64,000 bases of DNA from Candidatus Kaiserbacteria bacterium (GTDB lineage Bacteria > Patescibacteriota > Minisyncoccia > Phycocordibacterales > Phycocordibacteraceae): contig JAHFMN010000001.1 in the NCBI GenBank assembly GCA_023264445.1, positions 177,878-241,877 of the forward strand, read 5' to 3'. The notes under the pieces were generated by a model. That model worked only from the letters and a program-made list of their open reading frames with translations, did no database searches and had not been told where the DNA came from. The position numbers and the translations under genes were made by a program. Below are positions 8,443 through 17,495 of the stretch, one piece after another (the first letter of the stretch is position 1; each line of letters opens with the position of its first letter).

Positions 8443-10099
8443 GCCGCACGAGGCGGATGGTCTCAAAAGAGTGGCGGCCATTAAGGGCGTGAAAAATAGG
8501 AGAGAGGCGATCGCCGTTCTCGCTCGCGAGCGCCTCGTGTATCTCATCGATGATATCAAGCGGAATAAGATGAGCGAAGTCGGCGCGGACAAGCTTCCCT
8601 ATCTCGGCAAGCTCCTCCAGGTGCGTCACGATAGTTGAAGCGACAAGACCGCGCTGCTTCGCTGCTTCTTTTAACGTTTTTGAATCCCGCACGGTTTGAA
8701 GCGTCTCGGCGAGACGACCGGGTAAACCAGCGGCAGATTTCCCCCTTGCCTTCTTCTGACTGTCGTCTGCCGCGTTCTCCATCCATGCGCCACCCATCGC
8801 CTTTACAAACTTTTTCTGCATCCCAATCACTTCAGCTTCCGGCATTGCCGCAAATGTCTCTTGCGCCGCCTCCGATGCCGCACGGAAATTCCTATCTTTC
8901 TCTAATATTTCTGGATGCACCTCAAGCGCTCGTTGATTAAGGCCTGTGAGATACACGCCCGAGAGTCGCCGCACGCGCGAAAGCGCGACATACCCCTGTC
9001 CATATTCAAATGCCTTTGAGAGGTCCATTATCGCTGCATCCATGCTCATCCCTTGGCTTTTGTGCACTGTCATCGCGTAGGCAAGCCGGAGTGGTATCTG
9101 GGAGATACTGGCTCTTACCTTGCCCTGTTCCTCGAGCTGCCACTCCATTGGCTCGGCAGTTATGGTCAATCCATTCTTCGCCTCGATAACTGGCATGCCA
9201 TCAGCTCCCCAACCGGCCACAACACCAAGTGTGCCGTTGACGAATTTCCCTTGCGGGGAATTCTTGGTGAACATCACTGCGGCACCTTCTTTAAGCTCCA
9301 ACACTTCAGGAGAGAGACAACCACGTTTGAGTCCCTCGCAGAGCGAATCCTTCCCTTTTGAACTCATCAGGAACTTCTTTGACTTCCCCGGAAGTTTCCC
9401 GAGTTCCGCGCTATTGATGCGGTCGACGTCGGCATTATGCGAGAAGAGTTTCGGTGCATCTGTGGGATGCGTTTCCGCTCCCACATGGCGTGCCATAAGC
9501 TCCTCATAATGCAGTTCTTCAACCTGCCCCGCGCGTATTGCGGAGAGTACATCGAGGAACGTCGCATCATCCTGCCGATACTGCTCGGTCAGATAGCATG
9601 TAATCAGATTCAAATCGCGCCAGACGCTCGATGCATAGGCGAACTCGACCGCGCGCGCTCGCGAGACCGGCGGCAATTGGAAGAAATCGCCCACCAGGAC
9701 CACCGTAAGTCCACCGAATGGTTTGTCGACGCGTCGCACCTCACGACAGACCGCATCCGCCATCTCGAAGGTCGCGGAGGAGAGCATTGAGATTTCCTCA
9801 ATAATAAGCACGCTTGCCTTAGCTATCCTGCGGGCGATGTGTTCCTTGCCCGCAATATGATCTACATCCGCTTTCGAGAGTGATTCGCTTATACCGATAC
9901 CACTCCATGAGTGGAGCGTCATGCCGCCGACGTGCGTTGCCGCGATACCGGTCGCCGCCGTCACTGATGGTTCAACACCGGAGGCACGGAGCCAGTCAAC
10001 AAAAGCATTTATGGTATGTGTCTTCCCACTCCCCGGCTCGCCGGTGAGGTAGACATTCGCACCAGTCTTCAATATCGTGAGCGCCTCTGCCTGCGTCAT
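8432..10099 (-). CDS. PIF1-like SF1 helicase with C-terminal HTH
   Basis: TGEPGSGKT, EEISM, GDFFQLPPV, HKSQGM and GQGYVALSR motifs. Confidence 0.9.
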   Translation of the reverse strand: MTQAEALTILKTGANVYLTGEPGSGKTHTINAFVDWLRASGVEPSVTAATGIAATHVGGMTLHSWSGIGISESLSKADVDHIAGKEHIARRIAKASVLIIEEISMLSSATFEMADAVCREVRRVDKPFGGLTVVLVGDFFQLPPVSRARAVEFAYASSVWRDLNLITCYLTEQYRQDDATFLDVLSAIRAGQVEELHYEELMARHVGAETHPTDAPKLFSHNADVDRINSAELGKLPGKSKKFLMSSKGKDSLCEGLKRGCLSPEVLELKEGAAVMFTKNSPQGKFVNGTLGVVAGWGADGMPVIEAKNGLTITAEPMEWQLEEQGKVRASISQIPLRLAYAMTVHKSQGMSMDAAIMDLSKAFEYGQGYVALSRVRRLSGVYLTGLNQRALEVHPEILEKDRNFRAASEAAQETFAAMPEAEVIGMQKKFVKAMGGAWMENAADDSQKKARGKSAAGLPGRLAETLQTVRDSKTLKEAAKQRGLVASTIVTHLEELAEIGKLVRADFAHLIPLDIIDEIHEALASENGDRLSPIFHALNGRHSFETIRLVRLMR

Positions 10100-10142
10100 C
10101 CAGACACTCTAGCAGATGACGCTCTCCCTTCGCGAATGCTCG

Positions 10143-10412
10143 TTAGCCGCGATGCGTTCGATTCCAGATACGTGCGAAAACAAAGCCGATGACGTATCCT
10201 GCGACCGCCGTCATGATGACTAGTATCACCGCCGTACCGAAATCAAAGGACTGGACGGCGTATGACACCTTGATCATGTGCGCCCACATAGAGAAATTAG
10301 CGAGCGACTGCGCCCATCCAAACGCAACGAGAACCGCCCACACGAGGTGTAGAAGACCCATAAACGTACCGACGGCAAGTCCGGCCTTCGAAGGATTAAT
10401 ATGATGGTTCAT
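10143..10412 (-). CDS. Small two-TM membrane protein
   Basis: 89-aa hydrophobic ORF filling the intergenic space. Confidence 0.6.
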   Translation of the reverse strand: MNHHINPSKAGLAVGTFMGLLHLVWAVLVAFGWAQSLANFSMWAHMIKVSYAVQSFDFGTAVILVIMTAVAGYVIGFVFARIWNRTHRG

Positions 10413-10504
10413 GAACGGTTATTACTGTTTTATGACTAATACCGTCAAGTATAGCGTCCTGAGGAGACTCCCTAGAGTCTCGAGTGCATAACGAATAATG
10501 GGTT

Positions 10505-11164
10505 CTAGAGCTTCCCGACGAGATCAAGTCCGGGTTCGAGCGTATCCTCCCCAGGTTCCCAAGAAGCCGGGCACACCTGACCTTTGTGCGTCTCCACATA
10601 CTGCGCGGCCTGAAGCTTACGCAGCGTCTCCGCTCCCTTGCGACCGATGGAATTGTCGTTTATCTCCATCGAACGAAGAATGCCTGCTGGGTCAATGATG
10701 AAGGTGCCGCGGAGCGCGAGCCCTTCGTCTGGAGTGAATGCCGCTTCGCCGCCCTCAATGAGCACACCAAACGCGTACGCGAGCTTGCCGGAAGGATCTG
10801 CCGCCATCGGATACTTGATCTCCTTGATGCCTGCCGATGTATCGTGCCACGCCTTGTGCGTGAAGACCGTATCAGAAGAGACTGAAATGATTTCGGCATT
10901 CGCGGCCTGGAATTTCGGATAGAGCTTCGCAAGTTCTTCAAGCTCGGTCGGGCAGATGAACGTGAAGTCTGCAGGATAGAAGACCAGTACGACCCACTTC
11001 CCACGCAGCTTTGACAAGCTCATTGTCTGTATCTCTTCGGCGTGATAGGCCTCAAATTCAAAATCAGGCACCGTCTCCCCTACTTTCACTTGCGAGGTAT
11101 AGTCGCGCACCGCATCATGGAACTCGCCGCAATTTTCGCAATAGTTGCTTTTTGTTTCTTTCAT
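10505..11164 (-). CDS. ahpC: 2-Cys peroxiredoxin
   Basis: FYPADFTFICPTE and VCPASW motifs; N-terminal extension with CENC. Confidence 0.92.
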   Translation of the reverse strand: MKETKSNYCENCGEFHDAVRDYTSQVKVGETVPDFEFEAYHAEEIQTMSLSKLRGKWVVLVFYPADFTFICPTELEELAKLYPKFQAANAEIISVSSDTVFTHKAWHDTSAGIKEIKYPMAADPSGKLAYAFGVLIEGGEAAFTPDEGLALRGTFIIDPAGILRSMEINDNSIGRKGAETLRKLQAAQYVETHKGQVCPASWEPGEDTLEPGLDLVGKL

Positions 11165-11208
11165 AAGCGTTTTTGGATTACGTAGGGCACATGATACCAT
11201 CGCCGCTA

Positions 11209-12036
11209 ATGCAAGTACAAATCCTCTGTATTGCCGGCCCTACTGCTTCTGGCAAGTCCTCTCGTGCCGTTCACGAGGCGCTTGCGCGGAGCGGCGAGGT
11301 TATTTCGGTCGACTCGCGGCAAGTATATCGCGGACTCGATATCGGTACCGAGAAGATTTCGCACGAAGAGATGCGGGGAATACCGCATCATCTCATTGAT
11401 ATCCGTGATCCGCAGGAGAACTATTCTGCCGGAGATTTCATAACTGATGCGAAGCGACTCATCGGCGAGATTATCGCTCGCGGCAAGCTGCCCATCCTCG
11501 TCGGGGGAACGCACTTTTATTTTGATGCGCTCCTGCATGGCCTCCCGATGATTGCAGAAGATCCTTTACTGCGAGAAAAGCTTGAAAAGCTTCCGACCGA
11601 GGAATTGTACGCGCGCATCCAAGAGATGGACGCACGCCGTGCGGCCGAGCTTGACCCGCAGAACCGGCGGCGACTCGTCCGCGCACTTGAGATTATCGAA
11701 ACGAAAGGAGAAGTTCCGGCTCGGACTCCGTCTGCGCCGGCATATGAAGCTGAATGGGTCATCATTGATCCCTCTCGCGAAGAACTGCGTGCGCGCATTG
11801 ACGCGCGGCTCACAAAAGCGCTTGAGCGCGGGCTCATAGACGAGGTGCGCCGTGTACGAGAAAAGGTCGGCGATATTCGCCTGAATGAGCTCGGGCTTGA
11901 ATACAAAATCGTCGGGGAATACCTGCGCGGAGAGCGCACCGAATCGTCCCTCCTCCCTACTCTTTCAGCGAAACTCTGGCAGTATGCGCGCCGCCAGAAA
12001 GCATGGCTCCGTAAATTAGGACATTCACTGTATTAA
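11209..12036 (+). CDS. miaA: tRNA dimethylallyltransferase
   Basis: GPTASGKS, DSRQVYRGLDIGT, VGGTHFY and YARRQ motifs. Confidence 0.95.
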   Translation: MQVQILCIAGPTASGKSSRAVHEALARSGEVISVDSRQVYRGLDIGTEKISHEEMRGIPHHLIDIRDPQENYSAGDFITDAKRLIGEIIARGKLPILVGGTHFYFDALLHGLPMIAEDPLLREKLEKLPTEELYARIQEMDARRAAELDPQNRRRLVRALEIIETKGEVPARTPSAPAYEAEWVIIDPSREELRARIDARLTKALERGLIDEVRRVREKVGDIRLNELGLEYKIVGEYLRGERTESSLLPTLSAKLWQYARRQKAWLRKLGHSLY

Positions 12037-12969
12037 TCAGAACGAACAAGAAGACTGCACATAGATGTCCGTATGATTCCCCTCCCAAGTATAAATATTC
12101 CCACATCTATCCCTTACTTGTGATTGACCAAACGAAGGAGGATTGACGGATGCACTACCATTGGTTCCTAGAATGCAGGATATTACATTTTGACCGATAT
12201 CCACCTTTACTCCACTGCTGTGCGAACCTGCTCCTCCTTCACTTGAATGCCCCACTTCGGTACCGCCAGTAACAGTAGTTGCACCACATCTATTTTTTAC
12301 ATTAACGATTTGGGAAATTGTTGCGGCAGACATGCCTGCAAGAGAGGTACAACTACCATTATTTCGATCACAACAATTACCGCTTGATGACACATTGATC
12401 CCCGGCAGAACACTCGCGTATGAAGCTTGGCAGTCTGCTGTCGGTACTACTTGCACGCCCGGTGGAGGCGTTACAGCGGGAGCAAAACTTCCTGCAAGTG
12501 GAATACAGAGATTGCTTGGGTTGCCGGTGACAAGCTCTGACCATGTACCAAGCGTAGAGGTACCGATTGGGGCATTTGCGTTATACAGCGCTGCCATGAT
12601 GGCATCCACGATGAGCCAGCCCGCAAGAGCAATGACGATGCCGACAATGGTACTGGTAAGAATTCCCTTCGCTTTACTGATGCCGCCTGAATTCACTGGG
12701 TTCACGACAAATAGGAATCCGGAATAGGCGAGCATGAGTGGCATGACAAAGACGATGGCAAGCGTGATGAAAAGACTGATGATGTTGTTGATGACAATGA
12801 TGAGCATGGTCCAACTTGCGGCACACACATTCTGATTGGTGACAACGTCGTTAACGGTAATTTGTTCGTTTGGAATGATGGGGCCGAAAAACGGTATGCC
12901 CGCATGCGCAGCATGCGGCAATGCGAACGAGCCCGCTATGAATACAACGGCAAGGAGAGAAAAACGCAT
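12037..12969 (-). CDS. VirB2/TrbC-like pilin domain fused to a Cys-rich, M15-peptidase-like C-terminal domain
   Basis: Signal peptide, two TM helices with the KAK..L....IG pattern, then SHSSGVKVD and EGNH motifs. Confidence 0.55.
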   Translation of the reverse strand: MRFSLLAVVFIAGSFALPHAAHAGIPFFGPIIPNEQITVNDVVTNQNVCAASWTMLIIVINNIISLFITLAIVFVMPLMLAYSGFLFVVNPVNSGGISKAKGILTSTIVGIVIALAGWLIVDAIMAALYNANAPIGTSTLGTWSELVTGNPSNLCIPLAGSFAPAVTPPPGVQVVPTADCQASYASVLPGINVSSSGNCCDRNNGSCTSLAGMSAATISQIVNVKNRCGATTVTGGTEVGHSSEGGAGSHSSGVKVDIGQNVISCILGTNGSASVNPPSFGQSQVRDRCGNIYTWEGNHTDIYVQSSCSF

Positions 12970-12985
12970 GTTGATATCATACCGC

Positions 12986-13002
12986 CCTTCACTACGTTCA
13001 GG
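12986..13002 (-). repeat. Short REP-like imperfect palindrome
   Basis: Minus strand CCT-GA-AC-GTA-GT-GA-AGG: stem with a tandem GA mismatch. Confidence 0.4.
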
Positions 13003-13057
13003 AGAGCTTTTCCCCGAGATATTAAAGAAACGGTTCTATGCCTGCTATAATGGGTTC

Positions 13058-13720
13058 ATGAAGAGAAAAGAAAGAATGCATGCAATCCAACTTCGTCACG
13101 AAGGAATGACTTTGAATGAGATCACTGCGCGTGTCGGAGTTGCGAAAAGTTCTGTCTCACTCTGGGTTCGTGACCTCTCTCTTTCGCCTAAAGCTCGTGC
13201 CCGCATCATGAGTCTTCAAACAGCTGGCCAGAAAGCCGCACAAAAGACCAATGTTGAAAAGACGAGAACGAAACTTTCGGCTGCAAAAAATGAGGCGCAC
13301 GAGATGATTCAAACGCTGGATGTAACTCCCAATCTTGCACTTCTGTCCTGCGCATTACTTTACTGGTGCGAGGGAGAGAAAGACAAGAATGATACCACTT
13401 TCACATTTTCTAATTCCGATGCCCAATTAATACGGGCATTTATGAGACTGATGCGGTGCGCACTTGAGTTAGATGAACGGAAATTTAGAGTCCGAATGCA
13501 CCTCCACGAATACCACAATCAGACCCTGCAGAGAAAATTCTGGTCAGACGTAACCGGTATTCCGGAACAGCAATTCTCAAAAACTTATTGGAAACCGCAT
13601 ACAGCAAAAACAATAAAGAATGAATACCCTGGGTGCATACACATTGAATATTATGATGTGATAATCGCCCGAAAGATATATGCAACGGCACGAGCTTTTT
13701 TTGAGAATGTGATAAAGTGA
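13058..13720 (+). CDS. HTH plus LAGLIDADG-like protein immediately upstream of tRNA-Trp
   Basis: N-terminal HTH (GMTLNEITARVGVAKSSVSLW); LYWCEG...FSNSD motif; TGCTATAAT just before the ATG. Confidence 0.65.
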   Translation: MKRKERMHAIQLRHEGMTLNEITARVGVAKSSVSLWVRDLSLSPKARARIMSLQTAGQKAAQKTNVEKTRTKLSAAKNEAHEMIQTLDVTPNLALLSCALLYWCEGEKDKNDTTFTFSNSDAQLIRAFMRLMRCALELDERKFRVRMHLHEYHNQTLQRKFWSDVTGIPEQQFSKTYWKPHTAKTIKNEYPGCIHIEYYDVIIARKIYATARAFFENVIK

Positions 13721-13729
13721 ACGCGCAAA

Positions 13730-13800
13730 GGGCCCATAGTTCAATGGTAGAATGCGCGGCTCCAAACCGCGTGATCCCTGTTCGAGTCAGGGTGGGCCCG
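13730..13800 (+). tRNA. tRNA-Trp(CCA)
   Basis: Full cloverleaf; anticodon arm CGCGG-CT-CCA-AA-CCGCG; GTTCGAGTC T-loop. Confidence 0.95.
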
Positions 13801-13806
13801 CCGTCA

Positions 13807-13838
13807 AATCAAAAACCGCCGAAGGGCGGTTTTTGATT
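13807..13838. terminator. Bidirectional terminator
   Basis: AATCAAAAACCGCC-GAAG-GGCGGTTTTTGATT between convergent tRNA-Trp and rpmG. Confidence 0.8.
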
Positions 13839-13992
13839 ACTTCTTCGTCTCCTTGAAAAGGACGCGCTTGCGCAAGGTGGGATCGAACTTCATGAGTTCG
13901 ATTTTGCGTTCGGTGGTCTTCCGATTCTTACGCGTCCAGACGACATGACTGGACTTCGTAGACTTGAGCCGGAGCAGGCGGTCTTGTGACAT
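13837..13992 (-). CDS. rpmG: 50S ribosomal protein L33
   Basis: Hand translation (below the ORF-track cutoff): MSQDRLLRLKSTKSSHVVWTRKNRKTTERKIELMKFDPTLRKRVLFKETKK. Confidence 0.9.
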   Translation of the reverse strand: MSQDRLLRLKSTKSSHVVWTRKNRKTTERKIELMKFDPTLRKRVLFKETKK

Positions 13993-14019
13993 GCGACTAC
14001 CGTAGCAGAAATGCCGGAT

Positions 14020-16707
14020 TTAGGCAACGACGCTCTCTTTGGCGCTTGCGCGCGCCGTCCGCGGCGCGCGCTTCTTGGTAACCTCAAAATGCGGCTCATC
14101 ATTCTTGATTGAAACCGTGACCGTACCCCCTTCCATGACCCCTTGGGCAATCATGAGCGAGGCAAGCGGCGTGAGTATCTTGTCCTGTATCGTGCGGCGG
14201 AGCGGACGCGCGCCATATTGCGGGTTATATCCCTTGTCCGCGAGCCAGGTATGCACAGCAGGGTCTATAGAGAGCGCGATTCGCTTCTGCGAGAGACGCT
14301 TCATCACCTCCTCCACCTGCGTATCCACGATCTTGGCAAGCGCTTCTTTCGCGAGCACATCGAAGATGATGATGTCATCAAGGCGATTGAGGAACTCGGG
14401 GCGGAAGTGCTGTTTCAGGGCCTCCATGACCTTCTCCTTCGTCTCCTCATAGCGGGATGCATCGGTCGCGCCGGCCGAGCCGAAGCCAATATGCGCGAGT
14501 CGGTCGATGAACTCGCCGCCGATATTGCTCGTGAGAACGACAATCGTATTCTTGAAATTGACCTTGCGTCCTTTCCCGTCGGTAAGATGACCTGAGTCAA
14601 GTACTTGAAGCAGGATATTGAAGACTTCCGGATGCGCCTTCTCGATTTCGTCAAAAAGCACGACTGCGTACGGGCGGTGCCGGATGCGCTCGGTCAGCGA
14701 ACCCGACTCTTCATAGCCCACATAGCCGGGCGGCGCGCCGATGAGCTTTGCGACCGAGTGCTTCTCCATGAACTCGCTCATGTCCACACGCACGAGTGCA
14801 TCGGCATCATTGAACATGAACTCCGCGAGCTTCCTCGAGAGCTCGGTCTTCCCTACGCCGGTCGGACCGAGAAAGAGGAAGGAACCGATGGGGCGGTTCG
14901 GGTCTGAAATGCCGACGCGTGAGCGCTTCACAGCATCGGTCACCTTCTTCACCGCCGCATCCTGGCCGATAACGCTCTTCTTGAGCTCCTCCTCCATGCG
15001 CGCGAGCTTCGCCACCTCCTCCTCAAGCATTCTTGAGACAGGGATGCCCGTCCAACGCGAGACGACTTCGGCAATGTCCTGTTCGGCTACTTCCTCATTC
15101 AGCACGCGCCGCGACTTCTGGAGCGTCTTCAAGCGCTTCAGCTTCGTCTCCAAATCCTTCTGGATGTGCGGGATACGGCCATAGCGGATTTCCGCGACGG
15201 TGCCGAGGTCGGCGGCGGCTTCCGCATTGTCGGCCTGCACCTTGAGCGACTCAAGCTCTGTCTTGTTGGAGCGGATGCTCGTGAGCACTTCTTTTTCATT
15301 CTTCCACTTGAGCTCGAGCTCGCTCGTCTTTTCTTTCAAATCTGCGACTTCGCTATCAATGGCCTTGATGCGCTCTTTGATTTCCTTTCCATGCTCTCCC
15401 TCCACGTCTTTCTGAAGCGCCTGCTTCTCAATTTCTAAGCGACGTATCTTGCGATCAGTCTCTTCCAAGAGCGGCGGCTTGTTCTCAAGCGCGATGCGCA
15501 GTCCGCTCGCGGCCTCATCGATGAGGTCAATGGCTTTGTCTGGCAGAAAACGGTCGCTGATGTAGCGCGAGGAGAGCTCGACTGCGGCAACGATAGCGCC
15601 GTCGGTGATGCGTACGCCGTGATAGAGCTCATACTTGTCGCGAAGCCCGCGAAGTATGGCAATACCGTCTTCCACCGAAGGTTCGCGCACGAAGACCGAC
15701 TGGAAACGGCGCGTAAGCGCAGCATCCTTCTCGATGTACTTCTGATATTCCTTCAGCGTCGTTGCGCCGATGACGCGGATTTCTCCGCGCGAGAGCGCAG
15801 GCTTGAGCATATTTGAGGCGTCCAGTGAGCCCTCGGCGCCTCCGGCGCCGACGAGCGTGTGCAATTCGTCAACAAAGAGAATCACCTTCCCTTCCGCGCG
15901 TTCTACTTCCTTCATCACGTTCTTCATGCGCTCTTCAAATTCGCCACGGTATTTAGTGCCGGCAATCATGAGTCCGAGATCAAGCGAAAGCAATTCCTTT
16001 CCTTTCAGCGATTCTGGGACGTCGCCTGCCGCCATCCGTGCGGCCAGCCCTTCAGCGATAGCAGTCTTTCCCACGCCTGCTTCACCGATGAGCACCGGAT
16101 TGTTCTTCGTGCGCCGCGCAAGTATCTGGATAACGCGGTTGATTTCAAGATCGCGGCCGATGACTGGGTCAAGCTTATTCTCGGATGCGAGCTTCGTGAG
16201 GTTGCGAGCATACTTAGCAAGGGCACGGAAGCGCTTCGGCTCTGCGGTCTGACCATCTTTTGAGGTCTTGAGTTCCTTGAGTATGGCAAGTGCTGCATCA
16301 CGCCCGATGCCGAAACGCGCAAGGATATCGTTTGCAGGACCTGGATGTTCTATGACGGCGAGAAACAAATGCTCGGTGCCGACAAACGTGTCATTCATCC
16401 GCGCTGCAATCTTTCCGGACGCCTCAAGCGCCTGCGCGAGGTCCGGCGTGAGGTAGATCTGATAGGAAGGCGAGAGTACCGATGCGCTCTCGGGCGCCTC
16501 GAGGTTCTCCAGTACCGAGTCGGCAAGCATGATGGTGTCGACTTCCATGCGATCAAGCATGGAAAAGACGAGAGATTCTTCCTGAAGCACGAGTGCGGCA
16601 AGCAGGTGGAGCGGAGACACATGATTCTGCCCGCGCTCTATCGCGAGTTCGTGCGCTCTACGCACGGCTTCTTTTGCTTTGGTAGTGAAGTTATTGAAAG
16701 GAGGCAT
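14020..16707 (-). CDS. clpB: ATP-dependent chaperone ClpB
   Basis: Two AAA+ modules (GEAGVGKT, GPTGVGKT) and a coiled-coil middle domain. Confidence 0.93.
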   Translation of the reverse strand: MPPFNNFTTKAKEAVRRAHELAIERGQNHVSPLHLLAALVLQEESLVFSMLDRMEVDTIMLADSVLENLEAPESASVLSPSYQIYLTPDLAQALEASGKIAARMNDTFVGTEHLFLAVIEHPGPANDILARFGIGRDAALAILKELKTSKDGQTAEPKRFRALAKYARNLTKLASENKLDPVIGRDLEINRVIQILARRTKNNPVLIGEAGVGKTAIAEGLAARMAAGDVPESLKGKELLSLDLGLMIAGTKYRGEFEERMKNVMKEVERAEGKVILFVDELHTLVGAGGAEGSLDASNMLKPALSRGEIRVIGATTLKEYQKYIEKDAALTRRFQSVFVREPSVEDGIAILRGLRDKYELYHGVRITDGAIVAAVELSSRYISDRFLPDKAIDLIDEAASGLRIALENKPPLLEETDRKIRRLEIEKQALQKDVEGEHGKEIKERIKAIDSEVADLKEKTSELELKWKNEKEVLTSIRSNKTELESLKVQADNAEAAADLGTVAEIRYGRIPHIQKDLETKLKRLKTLQKSRRVLNEEVAEQDIAEVVSRWTGIPVSRMLEEEVAKLARMEEELKKSVIGQDAAVKKVTDAVKRSRVGISDPNRPIGSFLFLGPTGVGKTELSRKLAEFMFNDADALVRVDMSEFMEKHSVAKLIGAPPGYVGYEESGSLTERIRHRPYAVVLFDEIEKAHPEVFNILLQVLDSGHLTDGKGRKVNFKNTIVVLTSNIGGEFIDRLAHIGFGSAGATDASRYEETKEKVMEALKQHFRPEFLNRLDDIIIFDVLAKEALAKIVDTQVEEVMKRLSQKRIALSIDPAVHTWLADKGYNPQYGARPLRRTIQDKILTPLASLMIAQGVMEGGTVTVSIKNDEPHFEVTKKRAPRTARASAKESVVA

Positions 16708-16715
16708 GTGAATTA

Positions 16716-17483
16716 TTACTTCGCTGTACTGGTGGAAGTTGCAGTCGTCGAAGTTGCAGTAAGCAGCGCAGTTATCCTGTCCGTGCTGATGAGGAATCCG
16801 GCAATTCCACCGGCACCGATACCGATGAGATTGCCCGAGAGATCAACTGCCGCGCTTCCGGCGCCTATATCCGGCAGCGTGGTGAAGATGCCTTTTGAGC
16901 TTATGCGGGCGACAATGCCAGTCGCAGCGGAGCCGTCGGCAGTAATCGCAAGCGCGGTCGCGCCAAGGCGCAATTCGCCTGACGGTATAAGGATCGGCAC
17001 GCTCACCTTCGGCAATGCTGCGGTGTCTGAAAAACCATAGATCGTGATGCCACCGCCTTCGTGCGCAAGCGACGCAGGAATGTATGAGCCGTTGGAGAAT
17101 TCAATAAGCGCCTCTTTCGGCAACGCATCAAGCGCAGCGGTGGCGACCGCACGCGACTTGGGAAGATAGGTGCCGACAGTAATAGCTGGCGATGAAGTAC
17201 CGGTCGTCGCCGCATAGATGGCGACCGCCCGAGTTGCACCTGCTCCGATAGCTGCCGTCACGAGGTCTTGATTTGAAGGCGCGGGCGACTGAATGATCGA
17301 AGTTGGCGCAGCCGCGACAGTCTCGATGGTGTGCTCAACGACACGGTTCACCGTCTGCGTCACAAAAGCCGGCGCATGGTCAAGAAGCGAAACCGTAAGG
17401 ATACCCGTTGCAACCGAGGTCACAAAGTTCACGAGGATGGTGAGCAATATGAGCTGAGATTTTGACAGTTCCTCGATGTTCAT
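16716..17483 (-). CDS. Membrane-anchored protein with degenerate trypsin-like domain
   Basis: N-terminal TM helix; GAGSAAVDLSGNLIGI resembles GNSGGPL..GxVIGI without the catalytic Ser. Confidence 0.5.
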   Translation of the reverse strand: MNIEELSKSQLILLTILVNFVTSVATGILTVSLLDHAPAFVTQTVNRVVEHTIETVAAAPTSIIQSPAPSNQDLVTAAIGAGATRAVAIYAATTGTSSPAITVGTYLPKSRAVATAALDALPKEALIEFSNGSYIPASLAHEGGGITIYGFSDTAALPKVSVPILIPSGELRLGATALAITADGSAATGIVARISSKGIFTTLPDIGAGSAAVDLSGNLIGIGAGGIAGFLISTDRITALLTATSTTATSTSTAK

Positions 17484-17495
17484 ATAGCTATGATG

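Noticed and set aside
13052-13059. GGGTTCAT resembling the tRNA-Trp 5' end GGGCCCAT as a target duplication
   Set aside because: Only 6/8 identity, and it sits directly against the -10 box where a tRNA start is unlikely; probably chance.
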